A DNA stretch of 62,871 bases, the filler included. It is 6 parts of 6 records of this genome, joined end to end, with 100 filler letters (N's around TTAATTAATTAA, not from the genome) between each part and the next. Parts side by side here need not be neighbours in the genome. Positions count along the whole stretch, not along the records: positions 1 to 22,445 come from SRR20825010_2612; positions 22,546 to 36,723 come from SRR20825010_2625; 4 more parts are not named here. One strand, written 5' to 3'. Of the stretch, positions 21,122-30,224 are shown piece by piece; the first letter of the stretch is position 1, and each line of letters opens with the position of its first letter. Both the position numbers and the translations under genes were made by a program. The notes under the pieces are model-generated. The model saw only the letters and a program-made list of their open reading frames with translations, had not been told where the DNA came from and made no database searches.

Positions 21122-21343
21122 ATGGCTGATTTGCCGGAACTGGAAACGCGAATTGACGAGCTGGAAATCCATCTCGCGCATCAGGATCAGGTTATTGAGG
21201 ATTTAAGCAGCACCATCTCTCGACAATGGAAAGAGATCGAAGCGATTTCCCGCCAACTCGCAAAACTAGGCGACCGGATCAACGTCGTTGAAGAGCACGC
21301 GGGTGAACCAGCTCCCAGCGAACCCCCGCCGCCGCATTACTGA
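21122..21343 (+). CDS. slyX: SlyX family protein
   Basis: RIDELEIHLAHQD coiled coil; C-terminal EPPPPHY. Confidence 0.92.
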   Translation: MADLPELETRIDELEIHLAHQDQVIEDLSSTISRQWKEIEAISRQLAKLGDRINVVEEHAGEPAPSEPPPPHY

Positions 21344-21363
21344 TCCTCACAGCTCGCATTTAT

Positions 21364-22020
21364 ATGAACTCCTCTGATTACAATCCTCCACGTGCGCCAT
21401 GGCTTTCTGTAATCCATCGCGACGACGCCATACTGGTTCTCGACAAGCCGAGCGGCCTGCTGACCGTTCCGGGAAAGCTCGAAAACCTTGACGATTGCCT
21501 AGAGAAAAGAGCGCGAGGATTTTATCGCAATGCCATGATTGCGCATCGCCTCGACCGCGATACATCAGGCGTCATCATCATGGGCATGACACGCAAAGCG
21601 CATGCCGACATCAGCCAGCAATTCGAGCAACGCAGCACCCGCAAGACCTATGTGGCGCGGGTATGGGGAAGAGTAAAAGAAAACAGCGGAAGAATTGACC
21701 TTCCCTTGTCGACAGATTGGGAAAGACGTCCACGCCAGAAGGTCAATTTTGAGAATGGCCGCGCTGCCCAAACTGAATGGGAAGTTCTTACTCGCGAAGA
21801 TCAGACAACACTGATGCGCCTCATTCCGCTCACTGGCCGTTCACACCAACTGCGAGTGCATATGCTGGAGCTCGGACACCCCATTATAGGCGATGTCTTT
21901 TATGCAACCGGCGACGCTTTGGCTGCCGCCGATCGATTGCAACTTCACGCAGAATCGCTCGGTGTCAGGCATCCAACAGAAGGTAATTTCATCACCTTCT
22001 GTTCGCCCTGCCCATTTTGA
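21364..22020 (+). CDS. rluA: RluA-family pseudouridine synthase
   Basis: DKPSGLL, HRLDRDTSG, TGRSHQLRVH, LQLHA. Confidence 0.93.
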   Translation: MNSSDYNPPRAPWLSVIHRDDAILVLDKPSGLLTVPGKLENLDDCLEKRARGFYRNAMIAHRLDRDTSGVIIMGMTRKAHADISQQFEQRSTRKTYVARVWGRVKENSGRIDLPLSTDWERRPRQKVNFENGRAAQTEWEVLTREDQTTLMRLIPLTGRSHQLRVHMLELGHPIIGDVFYATGDALAAADRLQLHAESLGVRHPTEGNFITFCSPCPF

Positions 22021-22023
22021 AGA

Positions 22024-22314
22024 TCAGGCACGCAGTTCAACTGTTTCTGAAGAACTGCTCGAGCTTGAACTGCTGGAGCTTGAATTGGAATTGCCATTCG
22101 AATTGGAATTGCTGTTGCCATTCGAGTTGCTATTAAAATTCCAGTTCGAGTTGCTATTCGAATTGAAATTGTAATTGCCACCACCCGACGAGCAGGCATG
22201 AGCAGGACCAGCTGTCATCAATATGAAAGCAAAGACCCCGAGTAGGAGCAGCGTGCCAGCACCACTAAAGAGTACAATCCGACGCGGCATATTTAACTTC
22301 ATGACTTTGGTCAT
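22024..22314 (-). CDS. Secreted Asn/Ser low-complexity peptide
   Basis: AAGGA RBS; signal peptide ending PAHA; mature CSSGGGNYNF, Asn-Ser repeats, poly-Ser. Confidence 0.75.
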   Translation of the reverse strand: MTKVMKLNMPRRIVLFSGAGTLLLLGVFAFILMTAGPAHACSSGGGNYNFNSNSNSNWNFNSNSNGNSNSNSNGNSNSSSSSSSSSSSSETVELRA

Positions 22315-22338
22315 TTCACTATCCTTATTTTATTGGAA

Positions 22339-22443
22339 TCACCGCCAAGGAAAAAGCCAGTTCCAGAAACCACCGCCCGACGAACCGCCATCAGCAGGGC
22401 AGGCATAGACCGGCGTCGATGTCACAACGAGAACAGCCGCAAT
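22339..22443 (-). CDS. Small secreted peptide, 5'-truncated (not in ORF track)
   Basis: Manual translation IAAVLVVTSTPVYA-CPADGGSSGGGFWNWLFPWR*. Confidence 0.6.
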   Translation of the reverse strand: MAAVLVVTSTPVYACPADGGSSGGGFWNWLFPWR

Positions 22444-22445
22444 AC

Positions 22446-22545
22446 NNNNNNNNNNNNNNNNNNNNNNNNNNNNNNNNNNNNNNNNNNNNTTAATTAATTA
22501 ANNNNNNNNNNNNNNNNNNNNNNNNNNNNNNNNNNNNNNNNNNNN
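22446..22545. other. Artificial contig spacer
   Basis: N44-TTAATTAATTAA-N44. Confidence 0.99.
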
Positions 22546-22836
22546 GCACACAATAATGTGTTTTACCTTCAGGATTTCCACTGCAAACTGGGTGGCTGAT
22601 TGACCATTCAGGTCACCATGAAACACCTGGTTGGCCACATTGCGGTGTACAAACACCTCACCGGGCTGCAGGTTCACAATGGTGTTGGCGGGTACACGGC
22701 TGTCGGAGCAACCAATCCAGAAGTATTCCGGTGATTGCTGGTTCTCCAACCGTTTGAAAAAATCGGGGTCTTTGTCGACTTGGGCGCTGGCCCAGGTGCG
22801 ATTGGCATCAAGCAAGTGTGAAAGGTCTTTGGACAC
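22546..22836 (-). CDS. can: Beta-carbonic anhydrase, 3'-truncated
   Basis: [26 protein letters not shown]. Confidence 0.95.
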
Positions 22837-22957
22837 GGTGTTGGCCTTTTGAAATCAAGACGCGCATTTTACCGCGACGCACCATGCAGTGCCACTGGGG
22901 TGAGCCCGGGGTAACACATCCGTGTCACCCGGTGGCTTGTCGAAAGCTCAAGACCGT

Positions 22958-23734
22958 TTATTCAACCTGTGACACATAGCTGAATGACAACACATCGTCC
23001 GGGCTGGCTGTGCTCCGTCCTTTGGTGTAGCCAAACTGCAGGGCCGATGTTTGATCCAGTGCGTACACGGCAGAAATGGCGCGTTCCTTGCGTTTCTCAG
23101 TGCCAGCCAGCAGCTCATCGCGCTGCGATGTATTCAGGTTGATGAACAAGGCTTTGCCCAAGGGGAAATTCACACCCAGGGTCGCGTAATTGCCATTCAG
23201 CAGGGGCAATTCAGGCGTATCGCCGTAGTACTGGCGCCCAACAATCGCGGTCAACCCAAAACCATTGTCGAAACGATAGGCCAGGTCCGCCTGCAAGCCA
23301 TAATCTGTTTTGCCGGTACCCAGGCCTTTGTCCTCATTGCCACTGGCAATTTTGATCAAACCCGTGGCTGACATCGCAAACCCTTTGGATTGAATGCCGC
23401 CCACGATGTCTTGCGTGTAAGTGGCCACCATGTCGCCCAGCCCTTGCTGGCTGCGGCGCGAACCGCCTGAACCAGCGGTCACGGTGCCTGCCACCAAAGT
23501 ACCGGGACCTTCCAGTGAAATGTAGGGCACAAACACCGAAGCCCGGTAATCTTCGCCGACCAACGTGGCACCCAGTGTGAATGACTTGGCCCTGGTTTCC
23601 TGGGCCTGACCAAACTTGCCCGACAAACTGTCAAAGCTGTAGGTCATCAACAAACCGGGAGGTGCTGCAAAAATCGATGTGCTGGCTGCTGTCAAAGTGC
23701 AAGCCAGAAAAGCGCGAACAAAAGAATGCCCCAT
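22958..23734 (-). CDS. Exported hypothetical protein, probable outer-membrane beta-barrel
   Basis: Signal peptide; GLGD and KGLGTGKTDY motifs; alternating amphipathic strands. Confidence 0.65.
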   Translation of the reverse strand: MGHSFVRAFLACTLTAASTSIFAAPPGLLMTYSFDSLSGKFGQAQETRAKSFTLGATLVGEDYRASVFVPYISLEGPGTLVAGTVTAGSGGSRRSQQGLGDMVATYTQDIVGGIQSKGFAMSATGLIKIASGNEDKGLGTGKTDYGLQADLAYRFDNGFGLTAIVGRQYYGDTPELPLLNGNYATLGVNFPLGKALFINLNTSQRDELLAGTEKRKERAISAVYALDQTSALQFGYTKGRSTASPDDVLSFSYVSQVE

Positions 23735-23830
23735 GAACTGTCTCCTTTTTTTGGAACAGTATAGGGGCAAAAGCGCTGCGGCTGGGATACTTCAAAAGGT
23801 GGCCGGGAAAGTACTTACAAAAAACCGGTA

Positions 23831-24337
23831 TTACAAGGCATTGGATGTATCGCCGGAATTACCGTGATGGCGGTCCTTCATTTTTTCCTTCCACTCGGCA
23901 CGAATCACCTTGGCCTTCTCGCGTTGCTCCGGGGTCAGCACTTTGTAAATTTCATGCTGGGTGCGCAACATGCTCATTTTCATGGTGCGCTCCTGGTCCT
24001 GTTGCTGGGCAATCAATCGCTCGGCCTTGGCATCATCGAAGGTGTCATTTTCCACCAATGACTTCATTTCTTCTCGGTGTGCGCGGCGATCGCTCATTGC
24101 AACTTTCATGTTGGCCCTTTGCTTTTGCATGATCTGCTTGACCTGCGCCTGTTGCGCCTCGCTCAAATCAAGTTGCTTCAACATGCCCATGCCACCGTGC
24201 TTGTCGTGATGGCGCATTTCCGAGTGCTGTTTCTTGTCGCCCTCATCGTGATGACCTGCATATGCACTCATGGGGATCGCCATGGCCATGGCGGTTACAG
24301 CAATCATTTTCTGGATGGCCAGTTTCGATACATTCAT
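23831..24337 (-). CDS. Spy/CpxP family periplasmic chaperone
   Basis: Signal peptide; LxLSEAQ and LTPEQ (LTXXQ) motifs; AAGGAG RBS. Confidence 0.92.
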   Translation of the reverse strand: MNVSKLAIQKMIAVTAMAMAIPMSAYAGHHDEGDKKQHSEMRHHDKHGGMGMLKQLDLSEAQQAQVKQIMQKQRANMKVAMSDRRAHREEMKSLVENDTFDDAKAERLIAQQQDQERTMKMSMLRTQHEIYKVLTPEQREKAKVIRAEWKEKMKDRHHGNSGDTSNAL

Positions 24338-24405
24338 TTGCCTGCTCCTTGTGTAATCACAACTGCATTGTGCAAAACTGCCCTGTAAACATCCACACGG
24401 GCCGT

Positions 24406-24420
24406 GTAAAGAAGGGTAAA
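24406..24420 (+). promoter_or_regulatory. CpxR-type box
   Basis: Exact GTAAA-GAAGG-GTAAA between divergent spy/cpxP and regulator; extra half-sites at 24385 and 24427. Confidence 0.8.
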
Positions 24421-24471
24421 GCGACTGCAAACAAATGCACGAAAACCAATGTCGCCTAGTAATATTGAGCC

Positions 24472-25158
24472 ATGACAAAAATTTTGCACATTGACGACGA
24501 CATTGAACTGGGCGACATGCTGTGCGAATACCTGCGCGGCGAAGGTTTTGAGGCCGAGCACTGTGCCAACCCGGTTGAGGGTTTGAAGAAACTGGCCGAT
24601 GGAAAGTTTCAGCTGGTGATACTGGACGTGATGATGCCGCAACAAAGCGGGCTTGAAACCCTGAAACAGATTCGCTTGAAGTACAACACACCGGTGTTGA
24701 TGCTGACCGCCCGTGGCGACAACATTGACCGCATCGTGGGGCTTGAGCTGGGTGCCGACGACTACGTGCCCAAACCCTGCCTGCCCCGGGAAATTGTTGC
24801 GCGTGTTCGCGCCATTTTGCGCCGGGCCAGCGATTCCAACAACGCACCCAAACAAGCACTTCAACTTGGCCCTTTGGAAGTACAACCCGCCAAACGCAAA
24901 GTATTACTGAACGGACAGGAAATTGAGTTGACCAGCGCGGAATTCAATTTGCTGGAAGTGCTGGCCAGCCATGCAGGGCAAGTGGTCAGCAAAGCCGCGT
25001 TGAGCGAACAGGGCTTGGGGCGGCCGCTGGAGCGTTTCGACCGCAGCATTGATGTACACCTGAGCAGCCTGCGCAACAAACTGAATTTGAGCAATGCCCA
25101 ACTGCCACTCACCCTGCACACCATCCGTGGGCAGGGTTACCAGCTCAGCCTGGATTAA
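24472..25158 (+). CDS. cpxR: OmpR-family response regulator, CpxR-like
   Basis: REC domain (DDD, LDVMMP, KP) plus winged helix FDRSIDVHLSSLRNKL; synteny with spy/cpxP. Confidence 0.85.
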   Translation: MTKILHIDDDIELGDMLCEYLRGEGFEAEHCANPVEGLKKLADGKFQLVILDVMMPQQSGLETLKQIRLKYNTPVLMLTARGDNIDRIVGLELGADDYVPKPCLPREIVARVRAILRRASDSNNAPKQALQLGPLEVQPAKRKVLLNGQEIELTSAEFNLLEVLASHAGQVVSKAALSEQGLGRPLERFDRSIDVHLSSLRNKLNLSNAQLPLTLHTIRGQGYQLSLD

Positions 25159-25173
25159 CCTGGAATTCAAGCC

Positions 25174-26541
25174 ATGGGCAAACTGTTCTGGAAATTTTTC
25201 TTCGGCTTTTGGTTGTGCCTGATAGCAGCCGCCGTGGCCACAGGTACAGCCTTGTATTTGATGCGCGCAAAACCCGCGAGCAGCGACATTGCAGAAGGCC
25301 CACGCGCGCAATTCATGCTGGAAACCATTCAGGAAGTGCTGGAAGGCAAAGGGCCCGATGCCTTGCGTGACCTACTGGACCGCAACCGAAAGCGCACTGG
25401 CCACGCCATACCCGTGTTTGCGGTGTCCAATGAAGGCGACGAAATTTTAAACCGTGAAGTGCCCGAGAACATTCAACAACGCATCGCCGCGCTGTTTGGT
25501 GGGCTGGAGCAACCAGAGCAGGGCATCCTGATGGTAACGGCACAAAACAACTCGCAATGGATTTTGTTCATTCCACGCGCATCAAACCAGGCCCCAAAAC
25601 AGAATGAAAAACACCGACACCGCGAGGCACTGGAACCCCCTTTGCTGCCCCTGCCAGGCCCGGGCCTGTTTGCCGCATTGCTGGCCAGCCTGTTGTTCGC
25701 GGGCGTATTGGCCTACACCTTCAGCCGCCCCCTGAATACATTGAAGAATGCTTTTCGTGAAGCGGGCAAAGGCCGCCTGGGTGTCCGCATTTCAGGTAAA
25801 AACAAAACCGGTAAAAAACGCAGCGATGAAATTGGTGAATTGCTCAGCGGCTTTGACCACATGGCCGAGGAAATTGAAACCCGCATTGAACAACAAAAAG
25901 CGCTGTTGCACGATGTGTCGCATGAACTGCGCTCGCCCCTGGCACGCCTGAACCTGGCTGTGGGTCTGGCACGCCAGAACCCGGCACAACTGGACACCAG
26001 CCTAAGCCGCATAGAAACCGAAGCGGAGCGGCTCGACAACCTGATTGGCCAACTGCTGAATTTGTCGCGACTGGACACAGACCAGAATGCGGAAATTCTT
26101 CGAGAACACAATGTGATTGAATTGTTGCTGGCCGTGGTGGAGGACGCACAGTTTGAAGCGGCGCAACAGAACAAACATGTTGAATTTACAGGCGAGGTGA
26201 AACAGTGGAATTTGAGATGCCATGCTGAAAGCCTGCAAGGTGCATTCGACAACATCATTCGAAATGCGATCAAACACACACCAGAAAATACATGGGTGAA
26301 AATTGATTGTTCACTTCAGGGAAAAGTACTGCGTATAGAAATCGACGACCAAGGGCCAGGTGTTCCGCCCGCGCTGTTGGGCAAGCTGTTCACGCCGTTT
26401 TTCAAGCACGGCGAACACTCGGGTCACGGCCTGGGTTTGGCGATTGCCAAAAAATCAATTCAGCGTGCAAACGGATCCTTGACTGCACGAAACGGCATGC
26501 CGCGCGGCTTGCTCATCACCATTGAATTGCCAAGTGCATAA
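25174..26541 (+). CDS. cpxA: HAMP sensor histidine kinase, CpxA-like
   Basis: Two TM segments, HAMP, SHELRSPLARL, NIIRNA, DQGPG, GHGLGLAI. Confidence 0.85.
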   Translation: MGKLFWKFFFGFWLCLIAAAVATGTALYLMRAKPASSDIAEGPRAQFMLETIQEVLEGKGPDALRDLLDRNRKRTGHAIPVFAVSNEGDEILNREVPENIQQRIAALFGGLEQPEQGILMVTAQNNSQWILFIPRASNQAPKQNEKHRHREALEPPLLPLPGPGLFAALLASLLFAGVLAYTFSRPLNTLKNAFREAGKGRLGVRISGKNKTGKKRSDEIGELLSGFDHMAEEIETRIEQQKALLHDVSHELRSPLARLNLAVGLARQNPAQLDTSLSRIETEAERLDNLIGQLLNLSRLDTDQNAEILREHNVIELLLAVVEDAQFEAAQQNKHVEFTGEVKQWNLRCHAESLQGAFDNIIRNAIKHTPENTWVKIDCSLQGKVLRIEIDDQGPGVPPALLGKLFTPFFKHGEHSGHGLGLAIAKKSIQRANGSLTARNGMPRGLLITIELPSA

Positions 26542-26550
26542 CGCGTCGGC

Positions 26551-27453
26551 TTAAGCCGATGGTGGCACACCTGCAATCCAGCCTTCAACCGGGTCGATCA
26601 ATTTCGGCAAACCAAAATTGGAATCCGCCCGCTTGGCCGCCCAAGCAGCCACAAGACAACACAACACCGCATCCAGGTGGTCGGCTTTTACATCGTCGAG
26701 CAAACGCGCACGCAAATATGGGCGCACCTGCACCTTGATGCCAAACAGCATGCCCTCTTCCAGGGCACACAACAATTCCGAGCGGGCCATGCGGCGGTCG
26801 GCTGTGTCTTTTTTGGGGTCGTCGCTTTTGTAGCTGGCCCGGTTCAACACCTTGCGGGCCAAATAACCAGGGTAGGCCTCCAGAGCCACACGGGTTTTGT
26901 CACCGCGCTGCATGCCGGGTATGTGCACGCCCGTCTTCATCAGCAAGCGAGCGCCCGCGTGCAGCATGTAGGCCACCGGCGGGTTGACCCATTTCATGGA
27001 AGGTGATGAACCGGCAGGACCGTCGCATTCACGGTGTGCAAATTTGTGGCCTACGGGCCGTGCATCACACCACGCTTTGAAGGTGGCGCGAATTTGCTCG
27101 CGGCTCAAGGCGCTGTAGTAATTGATCAGGTTTTCCCAAGCCTTGAAGTCGGTGCGCCCGGCGCCTGGCCACTTCAAACCTTCCACCAGTTTGCGCGACA
27201 AACCAAACGGCATGTCAATGGCGGCTACAAAACCCAATTGCTCCAAAGGCCCGGCAGCGCGCTCGAATTTTCCAAATGCCTGCGGGCCTTCTTTCAACAA
27301 GGTTTCGAACTCGCCCAGCGTGGTCAGCGACATCAGTTCATCAACAGCCAACACCGCACCCTGCCACTGGCCCACAGCCACTGCAATTGGTTTTTTCTTC
27401 GTGGGGCTGCTGGAAAAATCAATGCCCAGCAGGCGACTGTTTTCGGGATTCAA
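26551..27453 (-). CDS. DUF429 domain protein (predicted RNase H-like nuclease)
   Basis: GIDFSS, IDMPFG, EAYP, DHLDA, EGWI motifs; TTG start overlaps ligase stop. Confidence 0.85.
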   Translation of the reverse strand: MNPENSRLLGIDFSSSPTKKKPIAVAVGQWQGAVLAVDELMSLTTLGEFETLLKEGPQAFGKFERAAGPLEQLGFVAAIDMPFGLSRKLVEGLKWPGAGRTDFKAWENLINYYSALSREQIRATFKAWCDARPVGHKFAHRECDGPAGSSPSMKWVNPPVAYMLHAGARLLMKTGVHIPGMQRGDKTRVALEAYPGYLARKVLNRASYKSDDPKKDTADRRMARSELLCALEEGMLFGIKVQVRPYLRARLLDDVKADHLDAVLCCLVAAWAAKRADSNFGLPKLIDPVEGWIAGVPPSA

Positions 27454-29198
27454 ACTGCATTCTCCGGGGGCAACAAAGCCTCGAGCACCGCAAGGTGATC
27501 GGCTTCATGCAAGGGTTTGTCATGGCGAATGCGAAGCATACGTGGAAAACGAACTGCCACGCCACTTTTGTGGCGAGTGGAGCGGGAAATTGCTTCAAAC
27601 CCAAGTTCGAAAACCAACACCGGCACCACAGTGCGAACGGGACCAAACTTGTTCACGGTGTGTTTGCGAATTACGCGATCTACCTCTTTGAACTCGTCAT
27701 CGGTCAAGCCTGAATACGCCTTGGAAAATGGCACCAAACGGGGCAAACCACGGGCAACCGTGTCTTCCACTTTTTCACCATTTGCAATAGCCTGCGCCAC
27801 TTCTTGCGCTTGTGCTGCAGTGGCTGGTGGCGTTTCCCACACCGCAAAAGTGTAATCGGTGTACAGGCTGGCACGGCGGCCATGGCCTCGCTGGGCGTAC
27901 ACCAACACACAGTCCACGGTCATGGGGTCTACTTTCCATTTCCACCACAGGCCATCGGCCTTGGTGCGCCCAACCCCATAACGGGAATCGCGGTGCTTCA
28001 GCATGAAGCCTTCCACACCCCTTGCGCGGCTTTCTTCGCGCAGCAATTTCAAATCATTCCAAGTGGGTGCTTTCACCCCTTGCGACAACAACAAACGCGG
28101 CATGGCATTCAAGGTGCAGTGTTCGCAATGCGCCGCATGAAATGCCTCCAGTGCAGCCCTGCGTTCCAGCTGGGGAAGGTTCACGGTATTGTTGCCATGG
28201 ATACGAAGCAGATCGTAAGCCAGAAATACAACGGGGGAATCCGCCATCAATTTCTTGCTGACCACTTTGCGATTCAAGCGCCCCTGCAAGGCATTGAACC
28301 CGGCGGGTGCATCGCCTTGCCACACCAGAATTTCGCCATCAAGAATGCAGCCTTCGGGCCAGTGTGCAAACGCTTCCTGCAACTCGGGAAACTGCTCGCT
28401 GACCAATTCTTCGCCGCGCGACCACACCCACACCTGTCCACCCTCTTTCACCACCTGGGCACGAATACCATCGTATTTCCATTCCACCAACCAGTCTGCG
28501 ACCGCGCCTAAATTTTCAGGCTCTTCCTGCAAGGGATGCGCCAGAAAAAACGGCAAGGGCTGGCCCAGGCGGCCTGGGTCCTGCCCGGTGCTGCCGTCAC
28601 CCGGCTCGGCCAGCAAGGCACTGAACTGCTCAGCGGTGGGTTGCTTGCTGGCATCGGCAAACCCCATCATGCGGGTGGCCAACAGCTTGGCATCCAGCCC
28701 AGCCAGTTCTGCCAGCGCGCGGGTCACCAACAACTTGGACACCCCCACCCGAAAACCGCCACCCACCAGTTTCACGAACAGAAATCGTTCGTTGGCTGCC
28801 AGTTCATTCCAGCAAGCTTTCACAGCGGCAATTCGCTCTTCATCAGGCATGTTGCGCAAGGGCAAAATACGGTGTTGCATCCACCAGGCCAAGCCCTGCG
28901 ACTGGCTGGCCACTGTGGGTGCAATGGGCAATACATGGGCAATGGTTTCGGCCAAATCACCCACGGCCTGGTAACTTTCCTCAAACAACCAATCGGGCAA
29001 ACCACTGACCTGCAAAGCCACTTCGCGAAGTGTGCGTGTGGGCACGGTGCGCTTGGGTTTGCCGCCTGATAAAAAATACACAGCCCATGCTGCATCCTCA
29101 GCGGGTGCGTGTTCAAAGTAACGGCGCAATGCCTGCACCTTGTGCAGGGTTGAGGTGGAGCCGTCCAGCTCGGCAAACAATTCCGCAAACTGTTTCAT
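27450..29198 (-). CDS. ATP-dependent DNA ligase
   Basis: EWKYDGIR, LDGE, EGFMLK, WWKWK, VRFPR motifs. Confidence 0.96.
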   Translation of the reverse strand: MKQFAELFAELDGSTSTLHKVQALRRYFEHAPAEDAAWAVYFLSGGKPKRTVPTRTLREVALQVSGLPDWLFEESYQAVGDLAETIAHVLPIAPTVASQSQGLAWWMQHRILPLRNMPDEERIAAVKACWNELAANERFLFVKLVGGGFRVGVSKLLVTRALAELAGLDAKLLATRMMGFADASKQPTAEQFSALLAEPGDGSTGQDPGRLGQPLPFFLAHPLQEEPENLGAVADWLVEWKYDGIRAQVVKEGGQVWVWSRGEELVSEQFPELQEAFAHWPEGCILDGEILVWQGDAPAGFNALQGRLNRKVVSKKLMADSPVVFLAYDLLRIHGNNTVNLPQLERRAALEAFHAAHCEHCTLNAMPRLLLSQGVKAPTWNDLKLLREESRARGVEGFMLKHRDSRYGVGRTKADGLWWKWKVDPMTVDCVLVYAQRGHGRRASLYTDYTFAVWETPPATAAQAQEVAQAIANGEKVEDTVARGLPRLVPFSKAYSGLTDDEFKEVDRVIRKHTVNKFGPVRTVVPVLVFELGFEAISRSTRHKSGVAVRFPRMLRIRHDKPLHEADHLAVLEALLPPENAV

Positions 29199-30199
29199 GC
29201 GGCGGGTTCCCCTTCACCCTCACCACCGTATTCGGTCACAAAGGCGCGTGCGCTCAACCCTTGTTCCTGCAGCCAGCGCACCATCACCTGCACATAACCG
29301 TGGGTCACAATCACTTGCTCTGCGCCGGTGGCACCAATGGCACGCATCAGGCCAGGCCAATCGGCATGGTCGGACATCACAAAGCCCCGGTCTACGTTGC
29401 TGCGTCTGCGCCCGCCACGCAACTGCATCCAGCCCGATGCAAACGCATCGGAATACGCATTGCCAAATCGCTTCATCCAGGCAGCGCCCTGGGCGGCCGG
29501 TGGTGCAATGGCAAGGCAGGTTTTGTAAATGGATTTATCGAGCACCTCGCTCACGGTCAACGTTTCTGGCAGCTTCACACCCGCGTCGCGATAGGCCTTG
29601 TTCAAACCCTCACACGCGCTGTGGCACACAATGGGGCCAATGCTTGAATCAACACCCGCCAGTATTCGCTGCGCCTTGCCAAATGAATAGCCGTACAACA
29701 CACTGGCCTTGCCCTGTGCGGCGTTGGCAGCCCACCAGGCATTAATTTCAGCATAAATTTCAGCATCGCTGCGCCAGCGGTAAATGGGCAAACCAAAAGT
29801 AGATTCCGTAATGAAGGTGTGGCACTTCACCGGTTCGAATGCATCGCAGGTTAAATCGGGGGCTACCTTGTAATCGCCACTGGCCACCCACACCTGGCCT
29901 TGGTATTCAAGACGAATTTGACAAGACCCCAACACATGGCCTGCCGGGTGCAGTGAAATTTTGACACCGTTGTGATTGGTGCTGGCACCGTAAGGCAGCG
30001 TGTCCAGGGCAATGTTACCCAGGCGGGTGCGCAGTACACCCTCGCCGGGCGCAGCACACAGGTAATGGTTGTGGCCGACACGGGCATGGTCGGCGTGCGC
30101 ATGGGTAATAATTGCGCGGTCTACCTTGCGCCAAGGGTCGATGTAAAAATCGCCCTGCGGGCAATACAAACCTTCGGGGCGACTGACCACCAAATCCAT
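29195..30199 (-). CDS. Ligase-associated DNA damage response exonuclease (MBL fold)
   Basis: THAHADH, AGHVLGS, ESTFGLP, SDHADW, VTHG. Confidence 0.95.
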   Translation of the reverse strand: MDLVVSRPEGLYCPQGDFYIDPWRKVDRAIITHAHADHARVGHNHYLCAAPGEGVLRTRLGNIALDTLPYGASTNHNGVKISLHPAGHVLGSCQIRLEYQGQVWVASGDYKVAPDLTCDAFEPVKCHTFITESTFGLPIYRWRSDAEIYAEINAWWAANAAQGKASVLYGYSFGKAQRILAGVDSSIGPIVCHSACEGLNKAYRDAGVKLPETLTVSEVLDKSIYKTCLAIAPPAAQGAAWMKRFGNAYSDAFASGWMQLRGGRRRSNVDRGFVMSDHADWPGLMRAIGATGAEQVIVTHGYVQVMVRWLQEQGLSARAFVTEYGGEGEGEPAA

Positions 30200-30224
30200 G
30201 CTGCACAACCTTCAAAAACTACAA

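Noticed and set aside
23831-24859. 342-aa version of the Spy/CpxP ORF
   Set aside because: The extension overlaps the response regulator antisense; RBS and signal peptide place the start at 24337
26551-30199. Anti-phage defence system
   Set aside because: The exonuclease-ligase pair is a known DNA repair module in a housekeeping neighbourhood
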